A stretch of DNA of 63,155 nucleotides, counting the filler, from Sluysia triapertura (taxonomy: Eukaryota), in NCBI GenBank assembly GCA_046118255.1. It is 5 parts of 5 records of this genome, joined end to end, with 100 filler letters (N's around TTAATTAATTAA, not from the genome) between each part and the next. Parts side by side here need not be neighbours in the genome. Positions count along the whole stretch, not along the records: positions 51,139 to 63,155 come from JBJNIA010147276.1; 4 more parts are not named here. The stretch is one strand, 5' to 3'. The position numbers and the translations under genes were made by a program. How positions within the stretch are numbered: the first letter of the stretch is position 1; each line of letters begins with the position of its first letter. Below the pieces are notes generated by a model. That model ran no database searches and was not told where the DNA came from. It was given only the letters and a program-made list of their open reading frames with translations. Below are positions 52,182 through 63,155 of the stretch, one piece after another.

Positions 52182-54535
52182 GTGTCCTTATGCGAACAGT
52201 TTATTCAACATCATAAATGACTCTATAACTTTTAATTTTAGCATGATCTTTATTTTCAAAATAAATAAATGTATTTCAATGTTTGACTTATCGGCCATTT
52301 CATTAATATAGTTAAACATACGTAACGAAATTAAATTAAATTTATTTAAAATTTTGAATTATGATAATAAAGTCTTTAAATTAATTGTAATCAATTTTAA
52401 CGCGCTACTTCATATTAAAGATATAGATAAACCATTTCATCATACCATAACTCCAAATTTGGAACTTCGTATAACATATATATCTGAATTTAAATAATTT
52501 AGTAAAATATTCTTTTACGATCTTAACTTCGAACACAAATATTTTTATAATATTGATGTTAAACTACATACGAAAACGGTTTGATTTTTTTGTTATAAAT
52601 CCAAGATGATTCAGTTTAAATAATTGGTGTTTAGTTTTGTAATTGGGTTTCTAATAACACATTGCAGTTCAAATAAAAAACTAATCCAATTAAAACAGTG
52701 TTTTGCACAAAACTTTCACGATTACCCTTCTTTAATCATTAAATTTTTTATCACCTGTAGCTACTTATTTGTTTTACTCAGAGTTTTCAACAATTTATGA
52801 TCTGTATTAAGAGTAACATTTAAATTGTGATATATCGATCTTGAAAAAGTGTCTGTATTTGTGTTTGGAAAATAGTATTTATAAATTCATCACTTTTATT
52901 TAAATCAATATTCGAGCTGCTCTAGGAAAAATCTCCAAGCCTAAAAAAGTGATTATATTATCGTCTTTCATAATTTATACATTGCTTGATTATTGTATGA
53001 TTATCTGTAATTTGTTAGAAGTTCAGTTGTTTAATGTATTTAATTTAAAATATAAGTAGATTAATGTTTAGTTTTAAAAAGAGACAAAACTGCAATTATA
53101 CTCCAATAAATACAATAATAAAAGCAATATTCCTTATTTTATTTTTAGTATTAATATTAATATTTACTTATTAATATTAATATTACTTAATATTCTTATT
53201 GTTTCATTACCTCATGAATAAACTAAAATATAAATTCTTAATTAATAATAATTAGTTGTACAATGTTAATGGTAATCAATGAATTTATGAATTTATTATA
53301 TCTCAAAGCAAAAAAGAATTTTTGATTAGTGAACGCTCATTTTTCACCAGTTTTGAATTACTTAATAATTTATTAAATAATCCGAACACAAAAATCAGTT
53401 GTTACAGCAGTTACACAGCAGTGTTCTACAAATTTTAAAGGATAATCGTCATAATTTACATATCAAAGACATCCATCTGTATGTATATTTATATTTATTA
53501 TTTTAATCTTATTTGTATTGTTAAGTAATGAAAAAACATTTCCAACTTTGGTTATTTGTTCATATTAAAATTGTCATTTTATGTTAAATTAAGAGTTAAA
53601 TGTATTGTAAAAATTCTTAATATTGTTATGATTATATGACTAATAGATTACATTCTGAATAATAGATTATATGACTAATAAATGTTACGATTAATAAATT
53701 TTATGATTAATAAATTTTTATAAACACGATTATGATTAATACAACTTTATATGTGTAATTACGAAATAAGATTAATGCGTTACAACATAAATATTAATAT
53801 ATGTTTATATTCTAAATCAATATTCATATTCTAAAAAATTTTTTTGAATTTAACTGGAAATTATATATTAAATGTAAGATTTTTATTTTAATTATTTTAA
53901 TGCTAATTAAATTTATTTTATGCAATACAAAGCAAAAAATACATACAATCGATCAACATATATATAAAACTTTAGCAAACTTGATTTTAAATAATGATTT
54001 TAATGAACTACTATGAAAAAGTAGCTGTTTTATGTCAAATGTATTTTGTTTATATTTTAGAAAAGCAGTTATAAATACTGCTGTAAACTTAAATATAAAA
54101 AACTAACGATACAAATTGGATAAAACTGATGGTAAAAGATTTTTGTTGGATAATATCTTCGGAAGAACTCCTTCAAATACGAGATGATTTAAAATGCAAA
54201 AGTGTTGTGTGTGTTAAATGACTAACTAAACTACTTATATTGATATGTTAAATGACTAATCAACGGAAATTTGATTCATATTATAATATTGATTTTATTA
54301 TTGTTTTAATGTATATATATTGATTAATTATTATTTTATTATTATAATTGATTTATTGGAAAATTATAATTTTAAAAGTTTAAAAGTATGTTATTATTTT
54401 ATTTTTATTTTTTATTACCTTTAATTATTTTAATAACTTTTAATTTTCTTAATAACTTTTAATATTAACGTGACTATTTTAAAAACATTTATTTTTAAAT
54501 AAAAAAACATTTTAAAAATATTTTTAAAGTATTTT

Positions 54536-55464
54536 GTTTTAATCTGATCTTTCAAGGTCAGATTAAAACCACTATAAAAACAATCTAATGTTCATAATTT
54601 TCACAATTTTTTAAAGTAAAAGATTTTATAATTTGTTGTTTAGTGAAGCTGCTAAATTCAAAGGATCAGTCACGCTAGATTAATTAATTTTAAGATAAGA
54701 TATTATTATAATATCATTTGAAATATTTCCACTTAAACTTATTTAATAAATCTGGACCATATAAAGGTCTGTTGTGAAATTATTTTTATAAATTTTTAAA
54801 CTTTATAACTAGTTCTATCTAGTTCTTGTAAAATTTCTATTTCTTTTTAACCTATTGTATATTATTGTTAGTTAATAAATTATTTATTGTCCATATTGTT
54901 TTTTGTAATTTTAATATAAAATCAGTAAAAATATGAAGAAGCTTTCATACACTAGAATTTAATTCTAGTAGGTAAAATCTTTTTAACTGATCCCATATAA
55001 CGGGATTTACGCAAAATCATTTTAAATATCTACATTTAATATTTAAATTAAATTAATTCAAATTCTTATTAAACTCCAGATTTAAGGTACTAGGTAAGAT
55101 CAACACTTTAATAGTTAAATATCTATTTTCGATTTAAATCCAACGGCTGGCCCTCGCTTGTAAGTCCAGTATGTTGGTGAACTCACATTAAAATTTAAAC
55201 TCTTTATTCTATACACTTTTTCATATGGCATTCTCACAAAAGGATTTTCACTAAGGAAAATATATTAATGATTGCTTAAGTTTACAAATGCTCTAAAGTT
55301 AAGGTCTGTTGGTATTTAGTTGTTTTTCAAATTTATAAGGGCAATTCACAGTAATCAAGATCTGGAGGTATTTTAGTTACAGCACTGAAAACCCTTTGTA
55401 ATTTTAATTATAACAGTGAAATTCGTTTATAAATTATTTTACTGAAATCCTATTAAAAGGATTT
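54536..55464. repeat. Cluster of short inverted repeats
   Basis: GTTTTAATCTGA..TCAGATTAAAAC (54536-54569), GACC-ATATAAA-GGTC (54755), ACTAGAATT-T-AATTCTAGT (54951), ATCCC-ATATAAC-GGGAT (54990), AAATCCT-ATTAAA-AGGATTT (55445). Confidence 0.7.
55136..55189 (-). repeat. Dispersed repeat end (TGTGAG...CCAAC hairpin), copy 2
   Basis: Homologous to 26186-26240. Confidence 0.85.
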
Positions 55465-56268
55465 GTGTTTGAGATAGATGATTTTACTTTGTCAAAATTA
55501 TACTTTAACTGAAACTTTACTTATAATGATAAATTTACGAATTTAAAACTATGAAAATTAATATCTATTCAATAATAATAAAGACTTTCTTCTTAAACGT
55601 ATATTTATTAAATAAATTACAACAGAAATAGAATCGATAATAAATTTATAAATTTTTCATTAATTAACTATTAGTTAATTAATTTTTAGGCAAATCAGTT
55701 TAAAAACGGATTTTGTGTGAAACTGGTAAACGTTTCAAAGTATTTTACTAAATGTATTTTAAGTATATTTTACGAAGATACTGTTTTAGTACCGAACCTT
55801 AAAATTATATAAACTAACGTTACAAAAGAATTTATTAAAAGCCAAGATTGACTAAAGTTAATCTGAAGTAATATACAACGGGGTTCAAGTGTATCCCGAA
55901 CACTTGTTAAAAACTTGTGAAATCTAAATTTTGTATTTGTCTATTGTGTAAAAATTGTTTGTGTGATAATGTAAAAATTTAAGGCTTTTTATACTTATTT
56001 TAGGTCGACCTTGGCTTTCAAATATTAAATTTAAGCAATTTAAATATTAAATAAATATTAAATTAAATATTTGAATTGAATAATGCTTACCTTTACAAAT
56101 TAAATTAATTAAATTCCAAAATTGTTAACTTCGAAAATTAAAATAAAATAAAAACCAATACTAAAAATCAACAATACTAATTGTAATCAATTAATATTCA
56201 CATAAATGTATGTTTATACAATGTTCAATTAATATGCATAAATTATGTCACTATGTCACAATGTTACT

Positions 56269-57140
56269 TTACAATTGTAATGAATCAACTAAGTTGCACA
56301 TACGATCTATTTCACCATTAAAATTGGTAATGTGATGCAAATAATCACTAAGCTCTCATACATTATGGGCATATGGACAATGTTGGCCATATTTGAGACA
56401 TAACCCTGATTCTGATATATCATACATACATTTTGCTGCTTTATAATAGTTAAAGTCATGAGCATCTTTAAAATACTTTGTTGTCATCATGTTAGATTAA
56501 AATTCATTACAGTGAACTATAGGTTCTATTTCTTTAAAACGTTATTCACGTTTGACGTAACTCTTGAACAATCCTTTATAAATACTTTCTTTATCATCAC
56601 ATTTTTTAATATTAAATATATGCATTAAATCAGAAAAGTAGTGATGTTCGTTGTACAAATAAGACTTGATTTTATACGATATTTTGTTATCTGCCAAATT
56701 GATCATATTGTCTTCGTAATGATTATAATCGTTAATCTTTACAAACGAAGTTAGTGTAATTTCATAAAATATGGTCTAAACGGGTTAATTACTAGATTTT
56801 CTTCATTTCTCAGAGAAACCATATTATAAATTGTGCCAGTCAATTCGTGCGCATCAAATAACTGAAACAATGAAGACAATGAATACTTAGATGTTGAAAT
56901 AGATTATATCAGATTTAATAATATCATAGTAGTTGATTTGTATTTTCTGGAGAGATTTTTTTCTGATATATTTGTCTTGATTAACAAATCAATAAGTTTA
57001 TTTATAGCAGTATCATTAGGATATTTAGAGCAGGAATCGAATTTTTGTAAATTTCGAATTTCATTTAAATCATTTGAATTTAATGATTCATTTCTGGTTC
57101 TTTTATCTACTTGACATTTACTTAGATATTTATTAATTCA
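56269..57140 (-). pseudogene. Decayed member of the single-CCCH (Unkempt-type finger) family
   Basis: Intact finger YYKAAKCMYDISESGLCLKYGQHCPYAH (Cys 56430 to His 56365), then NV*ELS...FNGEIDRMCNLVDSLQL*. Upstream NLADNKIS and SISTSKYSL match NLLDSKIS and SIDTKKLSL of ORF 51255. Contains stops and frameshifts. Confidence 0.8.
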
Positions 57141-57856
57141 AGGAATTTTCTTTTAAATAAATTTTCATAAAAATTTTTGTCTGTGCTCAAGCAACAAGAT
57201 TTTTAATTTATGTTTTCAGTTTTGTTTAATAATTGAGGTATAGACACTAACTAAAACAATCTATTGATATTCGATGTTAAGAATTTTTCCTTTTTTAATT
57301 AACTAACAACTTGTATATTATTTGTTGATTTTTTAATGAATCAAATTGCTTGTTTTTATTTATAGGTAAACACAATTATGTACAACGCAACAAGTAATCA
57401 CAACTTTTTCTTTATAATTTCAGTTAGTCAACTGTCACTCGTTTACAGAAATTGGAACACAGATGATGGAAAACTGTCAAGGATGACAGTTGCTGAGAGC
57501 GGAATTCGAAATAATTAATAGTGGTGATACTAATAATTTTGTAGTAATGATAATAATAATAAGTAAAATAGAATAAATAATAATAATACGATAAAATGAA
57601 AAATAGCAATAAAATAAAATTAATAATAAAAGTAATAAAAATGAATAAAATACATAAAAATTCTTCTTAATAACTTTCTTTTTCTTTAATATATAAAATA
57701 TGAAAATAATACATAAAATACATAAATTCTTCTTTAACCCTTTAACCGCCGGTAAGCGCATTTTTGCGAACACATTTATTTGAGAGATTGTATGAAATAC
57801 ATGTGAGAAAAGCCATTAAAGAACTGGTGCCACTTGCGTTAGTGTTAATTTCAAAA

Positions 57857-58596
57857 TTAATTAAAAATGTATAATTTTTCATGAATTTTCAATTGTGTGG
57901 AGGGATTTTTGAACTTTGATTTTAATAAATTATGATTACTTTTATTTATTTTGGAGTTTAAAAATTTAACTAAATTAAAACATTTTAACTTTAATTTAGA
58001 AACCCTTAACAAACCAGGCTTAAGGCCTGCAAAAATTAACATTTTTAAAACAAAAACAAAGTTCAACATTTTATTAATGCAACATGTTTTAGCAACACAA
58101 CAATTATTTATAAAAACATTAAATTCAATGAATTCAAATAAATCTACACCTGTCACTTTGTAGTACAAATATTCTGCTAATTTTGGAAATAAATCTTTTA
58201 CATAAGTATGATAATTATCATTAATGTTTATGGTGTATATTTTTATTTGTGCAGCAGTAACAAATAGGCATAATGTAAAAATGATTGTAACAATTAAATT
58301 TCTACTAATAAATGCAACGAAACCAAACAATAAATTTAACGCTATACTAATTGTTAATATTAATGAATTATAATATTGTCGTTGATAATAAAATACATCG
58401 ACTTTAAAATCCTTTGTAGCACTGATAAGTTATATCCTGTTGATATAATTTCAAGCTGTAACATTTTTAAAAAACGCTTATACGCAATTTTACCAAACGA
58501 AAACGTATAACAATTATGTAATCCGAATATATAAACAAAACACATTGCGCAAACCCGTTTGGATAATAATAATGCATAAGTAGTCAAAAATTCCAT
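57857..58596 (-). pseudogene. Frameshifted membrane-protein gene, tetraspanin-like
   Basis: Two ORFs join by a frameshift near 58430. Hydrophobic N-terminus, then SLILTISIALNLLFGFVAFISRNLIVTIIFTLCLFVTAAQI (TM2-short loop-TM3 pattern) and a loop containing CCVAKTCC. The canonical CCG is not retained. Confidence 0.4.
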
Positions 58597-58899
58597 TTCT
58601 CCATTTTGCAGTTTTCAATCACAAAAATGTTTGCTTTTGATGAGCCTATTTTCACACCTTACATAAGACATACAAAAGTAAGACCATAATTATTGATTTT
58701 TTTTAAATTTAGTAATATTTATTTTAGTGAGTACCATAAATAAATTACATTACAATCATTTAATATTAATCAAAATTAAACAATAAAAATAAAATTCATT
58801 AAAAATTAATAAAAATTAATTAATAAAATTCAATAAAAATTATAATTATGATTTCCATTAAAAATTCGGTAAATAATTACCAGAATAAAATTTATTTAA

Positions 58900-59525
58900 T
58901 TATTTGGAATAATCTTGTACAATCGGTAATGGTACATTTGCATCTTTGGCGTATTCATTAAATGTTCTGTCTGATGAAAACTTACAGATGAAGCAACAAT
59001 ATAAATCATCATTTTTGCTCATGTCTCGATTTTTATAGGTATTATTAACCATTTCTTGAGTTCGTAAATAATCTCCAAAATCAGCACAAATCATAAAACG
59101 ATCATGATAATATATTGAATTATATATATATCAGCGAATAAACCAGGATTTTCAGGATTTGTTCTAATATTGTCATTAATTCTGGACAGTTATGTATCAA
59201 TGATTTCGCATCATACCCTTTTCTTCCAAGTTCTGTAACATCTCTTTCAAGCATTCCAAATATAAACATATTCTCTCTACCTCATTCTTCACACATTTCC
59301 ATATTTGCTCCATTCATAGTTCCTATTGTCAAAGCACCATCTAACATAAATTTCATATTTCCAGTTCCTGACGCTTCAGTACCAGCTGTTGATATTTGTT
59401 GCTATAGTTCACTAGCTGGAAATATCTTTTCTGCTGATGATACTCGATAATTTTCCAAGAAAAAATAATTGAATTGTCACTCCTTGAAGCCGATGAAGTA
59501 ACAATTTAATGAGTTTCTTGCATAT
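58900..59525 (-). pseudogene. Glycogen phosphorylase C-terminal fragment, decayed
   Basis: [66 protein letters not shown] contains the PLP-lysine motif [10 protein letters not shown]; also DRFMICADFGDYL and KFSSDRTFNEYAKD. Stops and frameshifts; no introns seen. Confidence 0.95.
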
Positions 59526-59910
59526 TTTAGGTGAGAATTACAGAATCCATCCAGGTCCACAACATGCTGATTTCTTTAATCGACATTAATATCAATTGTT
59601 TATTTAAACAGCTTCAAACATGTATAAAAATAATTTATTGATTAATACATAAATATATGTATACATAAACTGGAAGAAAAAAAGAATAAAGAGAAAGGTT
59701 AATAATAAGGATAAAAAATAATAATGATAAAAACAACGTAATTATTACATAATTTAGAATAATGATGCTGATGATGTTAATATGAAATTTATTATAAAAG
59801 TTATTATTTGATAGTCATATTATACAACAATAATGACAATAATTATTATATATTTTAATACGATTGGGGTTATAATAACAATAACTGTGATAAATATGTA
59901 CAATGGTTAT

Positions 59911-60012
59911 GTTTGTTTTTTGAATGAGTTTAGTAGTTTGTTTAATGATCTGTGTATATGTGAAATGTTTTTATGTGATGAAGTGTGATGAATTTTATGA
60001 GATTTCCCTACA
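59911..60012 (-). repeat. Second copy of the TGTAG-initiated ~100 bp repeat
   Basis: Reverse complement matches 42789-42890. Confidence 0.9.
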
Positions 60013-60929
60013 CTGTCATAAATATTTTCACAGTTATAACTATCGTAAATTTCAAAATGATTTAATGATTTTACTCACGTAGCCTGTAGTCCATAACAAA
60101 TTCTTTAATCAATGACTTTTTATAACTATAAATGAGAAAAGATTTCGTGAAATATTTGTCACTATAAGTAAAAATTAAAGAAAATAAACGGTTCAAAAAA
60201 AGGATTTTTTTGATCAGAATTATTTAGTAATGAAGATTAATACAGTTTTACTTCATTTTACTTAATCATAATTTGTAATTTGTAATGCTTAATTTGTAAT
60301 TATTGGAATTAAAGCATAAATATAAGTAAACATAGAATTTAAAATATAAGTACAACATAGAATTTAAATTAAAAATTAATTTTTAAACAAACTAAATAAT
60401 GCATAAGTAAAATATTAGATGTAAATATTAAAAATAAGAAATACAATATATCAAATAATGATTTAGTGTATGTATGTTTCATTTTTTTCGTACTGCTTTA
60501 TTTTTTATTATTATTTTTCTTTGTTATTTGTTTCTTCATTACCAAAAATAAAAAACATAAATTTGAGTACAGGTATATTATGAATATGTGATAAATAATA
60601 ATATACAAATATTATAAATAATAATAATAGCAATAATAATGATGATGTTAAATAAGTAATGTTATTTAAATTACTTAATATTTACTGCTATTATTATTAA
60701 TATTAATGTGCTAATGACTGAATCCAAAGGTTACATTTTTATTTAAACCAACATTAATTAAGTGAAAAATTAATGTTTGAGTATTATATTAAATTCAGAT
60801 TTGGTGTTAATTTGGAAAAGGATATTTTAGTTTTTGATTTATATAATTTTTGAATTTGTACGGGTCTATTTTGATAATCAGTTAATCACAAAAGCGAGTA
60901 GTGTATCACTACAACATCTGCTAGGATTT

Positions 60930-61080
60930 GCTATCACTTAATCTGCCAACGAATAATTTTTCTAGCATTTCCATAATTAATATCTAACATCTCTGAAGTA
61001 GTTAAGTTGTCTGTGAAAGCAAGTCTAATAAGGTTTTTTCTTTTAGCATTTGATATGTTTCTGCAAATGTCTCTGACTGT
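60930..61080 (-). mobile_element. Tc1/IS630-like transposase N-terminal HTH fragment
   Basis: RNISNAKRKNLIRLAFTDNLTTSEMLDINYGNARKII resembles ISxxxRxxII...LxINYxTVRxII. Confidence 0.4.
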
Positions 61081-61284
61081 TTAAAATATAAATAGTATTA
61101 CTTGTGAGAATTGAAAAATAAAAAACATACTATTTGTTGTAAACAGCTCTAATGTTATAATAAAATTTATAAACACACAATGTATTAAATTATAAATGAT
61201 GTTTAATTCAAATATAATGGATACTTTGGAATTTAAAGTTACTATTGATATTATTAATATATTACATAATAAAATTATTAAATG

Positions 61285-61711
61285 TAAGGTGACCAGACGT
61301 CCCGCTTTTGGCGGAACAGTCCCGATTTTTCACAATTTTTCCCGTGTCCCGCGAAGTTTTTCAAAAGTCTTGACTTTTAGAATTAAGTTCAATTTTATAT
61401 TTATGAAAATCATTGTTTTGCGCTCTAAGAAACCTACGGGCAACGACGACTAACATATTGCTTTTGCTACCAAGTTACATTGTATTTGTCTTTCAGATGA
61501 TACACTTCGTGTTCGTACTGCGTGCTAGCAAGCTAATTAAACAAATAAATATTACAAATCTACTACTTATCATAGAAAATTAAGTTAAGTCTTATGTTAA
61601 AAATAAAAAAATATTACGATATTATTTTTATTCTGCATGAAAATTTTTGTTGATACTTCACTCTCCTTCAGAGTTGCCCCGCTTTGCCCATCTAAAAATC
61701 TGGTCAGCTTA
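61285..61711. mobile_element. Complete non-autonomous hAT element (MITE), 427 bp
   Basis: TIRs TAAGGTGACCAGA / TCTGGTCAGCTTA (12/13 match), perfect 8-bp TSD ATTAAATG (61277-61284 and 61712-61719), and subterminal GTCCCG repeats. Confidence 0.93.
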
Positions 61712-63084
61712 ATTAAATGATATTATTAATAATATTATCAAATGATGTCAATTGTAAATAAGGAAATATTAATATTATCATTATCGTAAAGCAGCTTATG
61801 ATTGATTTTATAAGACTTCATGGAGGATTCATCGAAAATTCAATGCCATGTTGTAGTTCTTTCTTGATTGGAATTTTTATATAAGAAAATCAACAAAATG
61901 TTCGAAAGTGATCGTCAATTTTATTATAGAAACTTCAGTTCGTCTTTTCATTAAACTTGACCCTCTTTGGATGATTTTTTTTGCTCGGTACATAAATAGT
62001 TTCATAAATAGTAACTTTTTCACTTATCTCACTTTTCCATCATTTATAATCTTTTTAATATATTATTTTTCTTTATATCATTTAATTTATCATATTTTAC
62101 AAACAATTTTCAATATAATAATAATTTAGATTTTGTTCTTGTAATTACTTAATCTATGTAAGCTTGTGCTTTATGATGTTTATGATAAATTTAAATTATT
62201 TTCCAATTAAAATCATATTTGAAGTGGTCTTTCAATAATATCTTTTATGTAACAAAATGCGTAAGTGCTAAAGAAATGTTTTTTATTAGAATTTTCAAAA
62301 AATTAGATATTGTAAAATGTATATTTAATTAAGTTTTCGTACTTCACATTACAAAGTTTTAATTTTAAAGCTAAATAAATTTTCTACTCATTTTTTTGAC
62401 TGCAATTTTTAATATTAAAAAATATTTAATAAATTTTCATTAATAAAGTATCATTATTTTATATAATATTAAATCGTCTTTGAAAAATTGCTTGGAAAAC
62501 ATTTTGATCAAACTATAAAGTTTATTATTAAAAAGAAGAAACAATTTTAAATGTGGAAATTTTAATTCAATAAACAGAAATTATGAAAAAAAAACTATTT
62601 TAAACCTCCTAAACTACTCACAATTGCATCAACACTTTGTTCTCAAAGCAGCGGAAGTTCATTGTTAAAAGTCTGAAGTTTAAATAAAATTTAACATCTT
62701 ATTTTTGTTTATAACATATAAAATTAGTGAATTCTTTAATTATGTTAGCTTTTCATTTTGCTATTTTTCCTAATTTTTAATAGCGCATACAAAGATTGTC
62801 TGTGGGGGAGAATTAAAATTTCTTAAAACTGTTATCCTACAATAATTTCATTTTTATACTTTGGTAAATATCATTGTAATTGATTTAGATATATCAATTA
62901 AACCTTAACAATTTTCTCTATATTTCGTTCAAATTTTAACTTTAAACGTCTAAATTTTTATTTTAGAAAAAAGCAAATTCTTTAAATTTTATTTACTGAT
63001 TATTAAAACAAATATTGAAAGCATTTATTCATAAAAATAATCAAGCTGAATGATAAAACAAAAAATAAAGTAATAAAACCAAAT

Positions 63085-63086
<2 letters not shown>

Positions 63087-63155
<69 letters not shown>
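63087..63155. repeat. (AAT)n microsatellite
   Basis: Perfect AAT run to the window end. Confidence 0.95.

Noticed and set aside
54755-55006. CArG (SRF) boxes or hammerhead ribozymes in the hairpin cluster
   Set aside because: Loops are 7 nt rather than CC(A/T)6GG, and no CUGANGA/GAAA core is correctly placed.
57734-57848. TTAACCCTTTAACCGCC piggyBac MITE
   Set aside because: The left end is plausible but the candidate right end does not match as a TIR.

Overview
Very AT-rich eukaryotic (animal) DNA with GT-AG introns as short as 41 nt. The Shaker sequence looks lophotrochozoan-like, but the organism cannot be fixed from sequence alone. The window is five ~12-13 kb contigs joined by artificial 100-nt spacers (44 N + TTAATTAATTAA + 44 N), so adjacency across spacers is not biological. 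Well-supported genes are an intronless Shaker/Kv1 channel (2951-5167, -), a 4-exon LOTUS + Tudor-like gene of TDRD5/TDRD7/Tejas type (44170-49143, -), and the last two exons of an unknown gene (40973-41481, -). The rest is dominated by decayed DNA transposons (mariner, piggyBac, hAT, Tc1/IS630-like), TGT-initiated LTR-like repeats, hairpin clusters and decayed gene copies (cystathionine gamma-lyase, glycogen phosphorylase, a tetraspanin-like gene in two copies). The most notable observation is an apparently unannotated multicopy family with an uncharacterised N-terminal region and one C-terminal Unkempt-type C-x9-C-x6-C-x3-H zinc finger. It has one open copy (51255-52181), three recognisable decayed copies and two tentative ones, spread over three unlinked contigs. 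All family assignments are by eye from remembered motifs; no database search was run.
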